This document shows, piece after piece, positions 25,283 to 33,733 of a DNA stretch of 43,345 bases. How positions within the stretch are numbered: position 1 is the first letter of the stretch; each line of letters starts with the position of its first letter. The DNA comes from a virus (Duplodnaviria; Caudoviricetes): IMG/VR virus record IMGVR_UViG_3300014208_000070, positions 1 through 43,345 of that record. One strand, given 5' to 3'. Under the pieces are notes generated by a model that saw only the letters and a program-made list of their open reading frames with translations, was not told the DNA's origin and made no database searches. Made by a program: the position numbers and the translations under genes.

Positions 25283-26284
25283 ATGAAAAAAAATAGATCA
25301 TTTTTATTTATATTGGCATTAATGATAATGCTCCCTATTCAGGAGGCTTATTCAGTAAGTTCTGGCGTTCCGACTATTGCTCTTAGGAGCAATGCAATAT
25401 TCCAAGGAACTCAAGGGGTTAATGGGGTAGCAAGTTTCTATGCTAATTGGCGAGAAGAAGGTGGCGCGCCAGATTATTGTACCTTGACGTTAGTTGGTAG
25501 CAATCCTGTTGTTCAATATACTGGAAATAACTTTGCTCAGTGTAATTTCGTTGATGTCCCAAAAGGACACTATCAACTTAAATTATGGAAAAGCAGTCAA
25601 GTAACTGATAGCAGCATAGTGAATGTCGGCGACGTCATCGTTATGGCCGGCCAGAGCAATAACGTCAGTGGGTTGCAGCCCGTTGATTATATTGTGCCTA
25701 GGCCAAGTAGTCTTGGTAAGGTGTACGTCAGCGATTATAGCGGTCAAGGTAGTTATCAGATATTAGATGCTGCTGATGTGAGTACTGATTTTTTGCAGAC
25801 TGCTGGCGTAGCCCATGTAGCTGCTGGTATTGCGATGAACTTGCCTTATCCAGTGGCTTTTATTAATATCAGTCAGGGCAACACGACGGTTTTACAATGG
25901 GCGAATGGATTAGCAAGCAGAATCACTTATGCTGTGCATGAATTTAGAAGCCCCATTGTTTATTGGCTACAAGGGGAAAGTGACGCCGTAGCCGGAACTA
26001 GCAAAGCTGATTATCAAACAACACTAACCGCTATGGTCACAAGCCTAGCAACTGACTGGAGCGGAAAATGGCTAATATCGTTGGATGGAGCGGGCAGTAG
26101 CGCTGTGCGTATTGCTCAAGATGCAGTCGTGACATTTAATAGCAACTGCGAATATGGGATCGATGCCGATGGCTTTACTCGCGGCACTCCGAGCGACCCC
26201 ACTAATCTTGAATTTGTAGGTAGCAACATTACTGCGTTGGGGTCGGCTATGGGGGCTAATATTATGGCATCAGGTATTTTGTAA
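25283..26284 (+). CDS. Secreted SGNH/SASA (sialate O-acetylesterase-like) protein
   Basis: Signal peptide; GDVIVMAGQSN and YWLQGESD blocks. Confidence 0.75.
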   Translation: MKKNRSFLFILALMIMLPIQEAYSVSSGVPTIALRSNAIFQGTQGVNGVASFYANWREEGGAPDYCTLTLVGSNPVVQYTGNNFAQCNFVDVPKGHYQLKLWKSSQVTDSSIVNVGDVIVMAGQSNNVSGLQPVDYIVPRPSSLGKVYVSDYSGQGSYQILDAADVSTDFLQTAGVAHVAAGIAMNLPYPVAFINISQGNTTVLQWANGLASRITYAVHEFRSPIVYWLQGESDAVAGTSKADYQTTLTAMVTSLATDWSGKWLISLDGAGSSAVRIAQDAVVTFNSNCEYGIDADGFTRGTPSDPTNLEFVGSNITALGSAMGANIMASGIL

Positions 26285-26311
26285 TAAACTTAATTTATTA
26301 TAATTTATTAT

Positions 26312-26941
26312 ATGGCAGCCTCCGACGTAGATATTTGTAATTTAGCCTTAGCTCATCTAGGCGATGAGGCGTCCGTAACCAGCATTAATCCACCAGATCA
26401 ATCACCGCAGGCGGCCTATTGCGCCAAGTTCTACCCTATTAGCTTGGCTATAGCGCTGGACGATCACAACTGGGGTTTTGCAACCAAAACAGTTACGCTG
26501 GCACTATTAACTAATCCGTCTAGCCTTTGGACTTATTGCTACGCCCTACCCAGCACCTTCATTAATGTACAAGCCCTTTTTGATGCAGCATCGGTTGGCG
26601 ATGTTGGTAGGATAACGGGTAGCAACCAGCAGGAATACTCAGTTGAAACGGATGATTTAGAAAATAGCATCATTTACACCAACCAGTCCAATGCGATGCT
26701 GAAGTACACGTCATTTGTATCGAATCCTACTAAATTTTCGCCGGCGTTTATTGATGCGCTTTCTTGGCGTCTGGCAGCGTTTTTAGCTGGTCCTATCATT
26801 CGTGGCGATGTCGGGGTTTCGGCATCATTAAAGTGCATGCAAGCCTATCAAGCCGCCCTGTCAAATGCTAAAGAATCAGACGCACAAAACCGCAATGTAC
26901 TTGCAGCACCCATTCCATCGGGAATAAAAGCCCGTGCCTAA
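26312..26941 (+). CDS. Tail tubular protein A / adaptor (T7 gp11-like)
   Basis: SDVDICNLALAHLG...HNWGFA...YALP...ALSWRLA. Confidence 0.85.
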   Translation: MAASDVDICNLALAHLGDEASVTSINPPDQSPQAAYCAKFYPISLAIALDDHNWGFATKTVTLALLTNPSSLWTYCYALPSTFINVQALFDAASVGDVGRITGSNQQEYSVETDDLENSIIYTNQSNAMLKYTSFVSNPTKFSPAFIDALSWRLAAFLAGPIIRGDVGVSASLKCMQAYQAALSNAKESDAQNRNVLAAPIPSGIKARA

Positions 26942-29114
26942 TAATAGGGTACTTCGAAACAGCTGCTCAGGCGGCGAAATATCTCGCGAGCTGTTTGGCA
27001 GGCTTGATATAGCCAAGGTTCAATCAGGACTGGATACTTGCCGAAACTTTATCGTGATGCCGCATGGTGTCGCTTCAAATCGTGCGGGATTTCAGTTTGT
27101 TAATGAGGTCAAGGCTTCAGCCAACTTCACCCGGTTGATTAATTTTTCATTTTCAACCAGTCAAACGTTTGCTATTGAAATGGGTGCGGGTTATTTCCGC
27201 TTTCATACCCTTGCCGCTTCGTTACTGACTGGAACACTCACCGCTTATAACGGAGTAACCGCCTATGCCGCCGGTGATTTGTGCAGCAGTGGCGGGGTGA
27301 ATTATTATTGCAAAGCGCCTACCACGGGAAACGCCCCGCCTAATGCAACTTATTGGTATGCCATGCCAGCCAACGGCTTGTATGAGATCCCAAACAGCTA
27401 TGCGCAAGGCGACTTAGCCGACATTCATTATGTCCAGTCCGGCGATGTGATCACGTTGGTGCATCCCAACTATGCACCTATGGAGCTAAAGCGGTTCGGC
27501 AATTTAAACTGGGTGCTGTCGACCATTACCTTCGCATCACAAACAGTAGCGCCCGTTATCGGTACGGCGGTTAAAACAGGAACCGGTGGCACATTAAAAG
27601 ATTTTAAATACGTTGTTACTGCGCTTAACAGCCTTGGATATGAAGAATCACCGCCTTCAGCCGCATCAAACATCCTAAGCAACGACTTAACGATTCAAGG
27701 CAACTACAACACGATTAACTGGTCAGCGGTTACCGGGGCGGTTCGCTACAACATCTATAAGTACGCTGGCGGCACTTACGGGTTTATCGGCCAAACCACA
27801 GCGCTGACATTTGTCGACGACAATATCATCGCCGACTTAACCAAGACCATTCCGATCATTGATGCGATCTTCAATGGCTCCGGCAATTATCCGTCCGCCG
27901 TGGGCTACTACGAGCAGCGCCGGTTCTTCGCGGGCACAAACAATCAACCGCAGAATGTCTGGGCCACGCAGTCAGCCTCAGACAACAACATGAGCTATTC
28001 AATACCGAGCCAAGCATCCGATGCCTTGCGGTTTAAAATAGCCGCTCAACGCGCGAACGGGATCAAACACTTAGTTCCAGCACTGGATTTACTGGCGATG
28101 ACAGAGTCGACCGAGTGGCGCGTGTTTTCCTCGTCAGGCAATGCACTAACAGCAAGTTCCATCACCATTAAAGCCCAGGCTCAAAACGGCGCAACCAACG
28201 TTACACCTGTGCTGATTGATAATTACATTTTGTACGCCCAGGCGCAGGGCGGGCATATCAGGGAGATGGCTTTCCAATGGCAAAACAGCGGCTATACCAG
28301 TGCTGATTTATGTTTACTGGCCCCGCATTTATTCGATTTTAATACCATTACCGATATGACTTTTAGTCGTGCGCCGACGCCGGTCATGTGGGCGATTAAC
28401 AGCACTGGCGCATTACTGGGCCTAACTTATGTACCTGACCAAGAGGTATCGGCGTGGCATAAACACGATACTACCAATGGTCTTTTCGAGTCCTGCATTA
28501 CCGTCACTGAAAATAATGCGGACGTGCTGTATGTGATCGTAAATCGCACCATCAATGGGCAGGCTAAGCGCTACATCGAATGCCTGCATACGCGAAAATT
28601 CGCCGATGTAAAAGATGCATTTTTTGTCGATTGTGGCCTGACCTATAGCGGCGCTGCAACGAGCACTATATCAGGACTTGGGCATCTTGAGGGGCAAACC
28701 GTTTCAATCCTTGGCGATGGCTTGGTTATGCCGCAGCAGGTAGTTACCAGCGGAGCTATCACCTTGCCTTATGCTGTTAGCAAGGCTCATGTGGGGCTGC
28801 CTATTATCGCCGACGTGATCCCGCCGCCGCTTTACACCCAGCAAGACCCTACACTAGGACAGTCCAGGATCAAGAATATTATTCAGGCGTGGGTAAGGGT
28901 GTTTAATTCAGGCATTTTCAAAGTAGGCCCCAATGCCGAAAATTTAACCCCGGTTAGGCCTGCGCAAGGATTCCCGTCACCGCTGATAACGGATGAAATT
29001 AATATCACTATAAAACCAAATTTCAATGCGTCCGGACAGTTGATGATAAGGCAAAGCGATCCGCTACCATTGACTATTGTCGATATTACTGTTGAGGCGG
29101 CTATCGGTGGCTAG
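26934..29114 (+). CDS. Tail tubular protein B / nozzle (T7 gp12-like)
   Basis: SCSGGEIS, YVQSGDV, YPSAVGYYEQRRFFAG, AWHKHDT, DPLPLTI. Confidence 0.88.
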   Translation: MPNNRVLRNSCSGGEISRELFGRLDIAKVQSGLDTCRNFIVMPHGVASNRAGFQFVNEVKASANFTRLINFSFSTSQTFAIEMGAGYFRFHTLAASLLTGTLTAYNGVTAYAAGDLCSSGGVNYYCKAPTTGNAPPNATYWYAMPANGLYEIPNSYAQGDLADIHYVQSGDVITLVHPNYAPMELKRFGNLNWVLSTITFASQTVAPVIGTAVKTGTGGTLKDFKYVVTALNSLGYEESPPSAASNILSNDLTIQGNYNTINWSAVTGAVRYNIYKYAGGTYGFIGQTTALTFVDDNIIADLTKTIPIIDAIFNGSGNYPSAVGYYEQRRFFAGTNNQPQNVWATQSASDNNMSYSIPSQASDALRFKIAAQRANGIKHLVPALDLLAMTESTEWRVFSSSGNALTASSITIKAQAQNGATNVTPVLIDNYILYAQAQGGHIREMAFQWQNSGYTSADLCLLAPHLFDFNTITDMTFSRAPTPVMWAINSTGALLGLTYVPDQEVSAWHKHDTTNGLFESCITVTENNADVLYVIVNRTINGQAKRYIECLHTRKFADVKDAFFVDCGLTYSGAATSTISGLGHLEGQTVSILGDGLVMPQQVVTSGAITLPYAVSKAHVGLPIIADVIPPPLYTQQDPTLGQSRIKNIIQAWVRVFNSGIFKVGPNAENLTPVRPAQGFPSPLITDEINITIKPNFNASGQLMIRQSDPLPLTIVDITVEAAIGG

Positions 29115-29562
29115 CATTACCCGCCATTTGCCGACCGAGCAGGATATAGCCTACTTGGCTGAAAACATGCGCCAAAGCGACATTGAAGAACTTAGCGCTG
29201 TCACCGATCAATCACTCGTCTGTGCGGTACGTTCCTCGGTGCTTAATTCGCATCCTGATTACTTGTGGGCGTACTGCGTCGATGGGGATTTGGTATTGAT
29301 TTACGGCTGCACCCGTTCTGGATCACCATGGATGCTGGGAACGGAAGCGCTCAATCAGAACTTAAAAGAGCTGACCGTGCGCACAAGGGTTGTAGTGCGC
29401 GATATGCTTAAGCAATTCCCAGTCCTGTCCAACATTATCGATGTTCGGCAAAAAAAAACTATCCGCTGGCTTAAAACGATAGGGTTCTCTTTCAAGGAAA
29501 CCTTTGAGATTAAGCTGGGGGTTCCTGTTATCCGGTTTGAAATGAGGGTTACGAATGAATAG
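29107..29562 (+). CDS. T7 gp13-like (acetyltransferase-fold) assembly protein
   Basis: MRQSDIEEL, PWMLGT, IRWLKTIGF; GTG 29107 overlaps upstream gene. Confidence 0.75.
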   Translation: MASITRHLPTEQDIAYLAENMRQSDIEELSAVTDQSLVCAVRSSVLNSHPDYLWAYCVDGDLVLIYGCTRSGSPWMLGTEALNQNLKELTVRTRVVVRDMLKQFPVLSNIIDVRQKKTIRWLKTIGFSFKETFEIKLGVPVIRFEMRVTNE

Positions 29563-29986
29563 CGTGAGTAAATCGGTACATATTAAATCTATCTTAGATT
29601 TAGAAAATGAAGTACTAAAACTTCCGCAGGTAGAGCTGCCGTTAAAGCATGATTTCATTGATGGCGTTTATGCTCGATCTATGTTCATTCCAGCTGGAAC
29701 CGTGCTGACTGGTGCCGTTCATGCTAAAGATTGTTTTACTGTTATTCGCTATGGCGACCTAATTATTTATACCGAAGAAGGCGCACAGACGGTAAAAGCC
29801 GGTGAAATGCTCCTATCAACAGCGGGTATCAAGCGTGCTGGTTATGCCATCACAGACACCTATATTACAGGGTTTATGGCAAATCCAAGCAATGAAACAG
29901 ATCTCGATAAGTTGTGGAAGTTTTACACGTTACCGAATGAATCGCTTCTTTCATCAGTATCTAAAGAATTACTGGAGGAAAATTAA
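29555..29986 (+). CDS. Cupin-like phage protein
   Basis: LPQVELPLKHDFIDGVYARSMFIPAGTVLTGAVH...GIKRAGYAITDT. Confidence 0.7.
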   Translation: MNSVSKSVHIKSILDLENEVLKLPQVELPLKHDFIDGVYARSMFIPAGTVLTGAVHAKDCFTVIRYGDLIIYTEEGAQTVKAGEMLLSTAGIKRAGYAITDTYITGFMANPSNETDLDKLWKFYTLPNESLLSSVSKELLEEN

Positions 29987-30678
29987 TGTTTGGGCTTTCA
30001 GCGACAGCCATAGCAGCTATAGGGGTTGGCGTTGCCGCAGTTGGCGCAGGAGTTTCCGCCTACGGAGCCTCAGAACAAGCCTCAGCGCAAAAAGCGGCCG
30101 CCAACTATAACGCCATTGTTGCCCAAAATAATGCAATTTATCAGGCGCAAGTCGATAGAAATAGCGCGCTAGTATCGAAAAATAATGCCGCCCTTGCTCT
30201 GACTCAACGCTCGATGACATTGCAGCGTGGCGAGATCGAAGCCCAAAATGCCATGCGCATGCAGGCCGATACCATCGGTAAGCAACGAGCCAGCCTTGCC
30301 GCCAACGGCGTGGACGTTACCGAAGGATCGGCATTAGACCTGATTGCATCCACTGAGTTTTTAGGCCAATCCGACGTCAATACCATTCAAAGTAATGCGG
30401 CCTTAGAAGCATGGGGCTATGACGTAAAGGCTACCAACTTTTTAAACGAAGCATCAAACCAGAAGTCAGCCGCCGACATGGCTATAGTGAGCGGCGAACA
30501 AATATCAACCTTGGAGCGCTGGAAGGCCGATAACACCAATCCGACTAAAAGCGCACTACTGGTTGGCGGCTCATCATTGCTTAGTTCTGCGTCTATGTAT
30601 GCTGCAGGAGCTGGTGGCGGCACGGGCGGGTCAAAAACGGCCATGAAATTCAGATCATCTGGCGGGAGTGGCTGGTAA
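29986..30678 (+). CDS. Internal virion (ejection) protein, T7 gp14-like
   Basis: Hydrophobic Gly/Ala N-terminus; QRASLAANGVD..GSALD. Confidence 0.75.
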   Translation: MFGLSATAIAAIGVGVAAVGAGVSAYGASEQASAQKAAANYNAIVAQNNAIYQAQVDRNSALVSKNNAALALTQRSMTLQRGEIEAQNAMRMQADTIGKQRASLAANGVDVTEGSALDLIASTEFLGQSDVNTIQSNAALEAWGYDVKATNFLNEASNQKSAADMAIVSGEQISTLERWKADNTNPTKSALLVGGSSLLSSASMYAAGAGGGTGGSKTAMKFRSSGGSGW

Positions 30679-33113
30679 TGCAAGTGCCAGTTTATAACAG
30701 ACAGGTCGAACAGCAGGGCGTTCCTGATGCCTATCAAACCAATACCGCCGTTGCTGAATATAAAGCGCCGAAGACTGGGGCCAGCGACTTCCTTAGCAAT
30801 GACACCCAAGCGCTTAGCAACGCCGGGGCTTCTGCTGCCCATGATGTCAGCATAGCAACCACCCACCTGTACAGACAGCAACTGCATGAAGCCAACCAGA
30901 CCCGCTTCAAAGACGGTTACACCCAATACCAGAAAGCCGTGCAGCAACGGATGTACGGTGAAAACGGCGCACTTAACCAGCGAGGCATTGATGCGTTTCA
31001 ACCGAAAGATGGTAAGTCATTACTGGATAATGTCGGCGACGACCTGAGCGAAGTTCGCAGCAAAATAGCCGAAACATTCAGCAACGATCAGCAGCGCCAA
31101 TGGTTCAACGAACATGCAGACGCACTGGATGCGCATACGCAAGGCCAGTTGCTGCAACACGGAGCCGAACAGCACAGGATTTACCAGCGCAGCACTCTGG
31201 ACGCATCCGATGCGGTGGAATCGGATAACATAAGCTTAGCTTATAACGATCACAATTCCATTCAAAAATCACTTGATACCATCAATCAAAACGGATTAAG
31301 CCGGGCAAAACTGGAAGGCCTGCCCGAAGAAACTGGCAAACTGGCCGCTAAAAAGAACGCATCGAACGCGCTGACTAGCGCAATTCAATCGGCCTTGGCG
31401 CAAGGGGATCATGCCTCTGCGACCGCTATTTTGCATAAATTCTCGCCCGACATGGATACTAATGACATGTTGAAGAATTACGCGGTGATCACTAAAGAAA
31501 ACGATGCCCGCGCATCGTTTGGAATGGCGCAAAACGTAATGTCGACCATTGTGCCACGCCTACAAACCTCAGATGGCGACCGGGCAGTTAATATTCTTTT
31601 TAATGCAGAATCTGGCGGCAATCATTTTCAAGGTAAATTCTATGGATTAAGACCTGATGGGACACCAAAAGGCACTGGTTATCTTGGGGAATTAAAACGG
31701 CCGGATGGCGGCGTGATGACCGAATATAGCATCGGCGTTAAAATCAATGACAAGGAAATGGATATTCCAACGATTGTGCCAACCCTTTCAAAAGATGAGG
31801 TTAATCATCTTCTTAATACAAAAGAGGGTGATAAATTACCAGATAGCATTGTTCAAAAGGCAGTTGATCATGCTGAAAGTCGAATCAAGCAAGGACTATC
31901 TGTTTGGCATGATACGCCACAACCTATCACCAGCTCAAAAGGCGCAGTCGGCATTGCTCAGGTCATGCCGGACACAGGTCCTGAGGCGGCAAAACTGGCC
32001 GGTCTTGACTGGGATGAAAACCGTTTCCGTAACGATCCTGAATACAACAAGGCATTAGGTACCGCTTACTTTAACCAACAGTTAAAATCATTCGGGGCTG
32101 ATTTAGGCATGGCCTATGCCGCCTATAATGCCGGGCCTGGCGCTACTCAAGATGCTGTCGAAAAGGCCGGTAAAGAGGGCGGAAACTGGTTGTCGTACCT
32201 GCCGCAAGAAACCCAAGCCTACGTTACCAATAACATGAATGCCTATGCTGCCGGTGAAGGCCAATACAAGCGCCCAACACTGGCAGAAGCCCATGCGGTC
32301 GCCCTGGAACATATCGGCCCCAATGCGTCGCCTAATCTGCGCAAACAGGTGCTGGATGAGGTGGCCAATCAGTACGAAGAGCAGACCAAGGCCATCAAAC
32401 AGCGCGAAGAGGAAAGCACGGCGGAAGCCATGCGCCAATTGCTGCAAAACGGCGGCAAGTTTTCAGCGCTTCCGGTTAATATCCGCGCGTCGGTACCGCC
32501 TAATCAGGTCGATAACCTGATGAATTTTGGCAAGAAGGTTTCTGAAGGCGAGCCGATAGCGACCGACTGGAGCCTATATTACAGGCTGAAAACAGACCCG
32601 GCGTTGTTGAAGAATACTAACCTGATGGCCTTCCGCGATAAGCTGAACGATACCGAGTTTAAGCAGCTGACCGGCGAGCAACAAAGCGCTGCCAACAGCA
32701 GCCATACCGAAACCCGCTCGGCCAAGGATATTTTGCAGAACTTCATGCGCGAGGCGGGGGTCGATCCAACGCCCAAGGATGACGACGCCAAAGGCGCGGC
32801 TACTGTTGGAAAAATCTGGTCGGCCTTTGACCAGCGGATCAGTGACGCCGAACAGGAAAAGGGCAAGAAGCTGAACGCCGAGGAGATTCAAAAAGTCGCG
32901 GCGCAGATGTTTACCAAAGTGGGCGTCAAGGCTTTTCTGTATGGCACTGATGAGAAGCCGGCGATATTGATCGATACGAACAAAGACAAGGTTATTGTTC
33001 CGGCTGATGAGCGCGCGCAGATTATTAATGCCTGGCGCACGGCTAAGCCGGGACAGCAGATTACCGAAGATGATATTTTTACTATGTATGCTAGGCATAA
33101 GGGGTTGTTGTAA
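30678..33113 (+). CDS. Ejection protein with lytic transglycosylase (SLT) domain
   Basis: AESGG, SSKGAVGIAQVMP, AAYNAGPG, LPQETQAYV. Confidence 0.85.
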   Translation: MQVPVYNRQVEQQGVPDAYQTNTAVAEYKAPKTGASDFLSNDTQALSNAGASAAHDVSIATTHLYRQQLHEANQTRFKDGYTQYQKAVQQRMYGENGALNQRGIDAFQPKDGKSLLDNVGDDLSEVRSKIAETFSNDQQRQWFNEHADALDAHTQGQLLQHGAEQHRIYQRSTLDASDAVESDNISLAYNDHNSIQKSLDTINQNGLSRAKLEGLPEETGKLAAKKNASNALTSAIQSALAQGDHASATAILHKFSPDMDTNDMLKNYAVITKENDARASFGMAQNVMSTIVPRLQTSDGDRAVNILFNAESGGNHFQGKFYGLRPDGTPKGTGYLGELKRPDGGVMTEYSIGVKINDKEMDIPTIVPTLSKDEVNHLLNTKEGDKLPDSIVQKAVDHAESRIKQGLSVWHDTPQPITSSKGAVGIAQVMPDTGPEAAKLAGLDWDENRFRNDPEYNKALGTAYFNQQLKSFGADLGMAYAAYNAGPGATQDAVEKAGKEGGNWLSYLPQETQAYVTNNMNAYAAGEGQYKRPTLAEAHAVALEHIGPNASPNLRKQVLDEVANQYEEQTKAIKQREEESTAEAMRQLLQNGGKFSALPVNIRASVPPNQVDNLMNFGKKVSEGEPIATDWSLYYRLKTDPALLKNTNLMAFRDKLNDTEFKQLTGEQQSAANSSHTETRSAKDILQNFMREAGVDPTPKDDDAKGAATVGKIWSAFDQRISDAEQEKGKKLNAEEIQKVAAQMFTKVGVKAFLYGTDEKPAILIDTNKDKVIVPADERAQIINAWRTAKPGQQITEDDIFTMYARHKGLL

Positions 33114-33122
33114 TCCATCCTT

Positions 33123-33398
33123 ATGAGCAATGTTATTAATCTATTTGAAAAAAATGAACAGACCGGAACTGGAGAAGCCTTCTGCTTTCAATGTAAACAT
33201 GAATGGATCGCTGTTTCTGCAACAGGTGTTATACAACTTGAGTGCCCTTCATGCCACACATTAAAAGGGCTTTATAAATTTCCGTTCAATATTTCTGAAG
33301 GCCAGCTCGCACGAGTCTGTAACTGTGGAAATGACCTATTTTATCTAACGCCGGAAGGCCATCTCTGCCCCAACTGTGGGCTTTACCAATCCTATTAG
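33123..33398 (+). CDS. Small multi-Zn-ribbon protein
   Basis: CFQC, CPSC, CNCG, CPNC. Confidence 0.7.
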   Translation: MSNVINLFEKNEQTGTGEAFCFQCKHEWIAVSATGVIQLECPSCHTLKGLYKFPFNISEGQLARVCNCGNDLFYLTPEGHLCPNCGLYQSY

Positions 33399-33407
33399 GA
33401 GGTTGTT

Positions 33408-33686
33408 GTGAAATTTAGAAAAAAACCTGTAGTTATTGAAGCAATCACATTTAAAGAGCTCGTACAACACGGAATCGATGCTGGCGCAAATATCTGTAAT
33501 GGCATGCCGTGGTCATTTGAATACAAAGGACATCCAATTACGCATGAAAACGATGAGTGTTATTTGATTCCTACGCTTGAAGGGACGCATCGATTTACCC
33601 CTGGCGATATGTTAATCACCGGGATTAAAGGAGAAATTTACCCATGTAAAAAAGATATATTTGAAGCTACTTATGAGCCCGTGTAA
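33408..33686 (+). CDS. Conserved phage protein (KFRKKPVVIEA...PGD..I.G..GE.YPCK family)
   Basis: AGGAGG RBS, GTG start, widespread phage motif. Confidence 0.8.
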   Translation: MKFRKKPVVIEAITFKELVQHGIDAGANICNGMPWSFEYKGHPITHENDECYLIPTLEGTHRFTPGDMLITGIKGEIYPCKKDIFEATYEPV

Positions 33687-33733
33687 TAGGGCTATTACGA
33701 ATATCCGGCTTTTCTAACTTATCACGGTAACCG

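Noticed and set aside
23601-26284. Diversity-generating retroelement, expected because the structural genes are BPP-1-like
   Set aside because: No reverse transcriptase or avd ORF, and no TR/VR repeat pair seen near the fibre gene
31629-31913. Intein or intron as explanation of the SLT insertion
   Set aside because: Frame is open, with no intein terminal residues or homing endonuclease motifs
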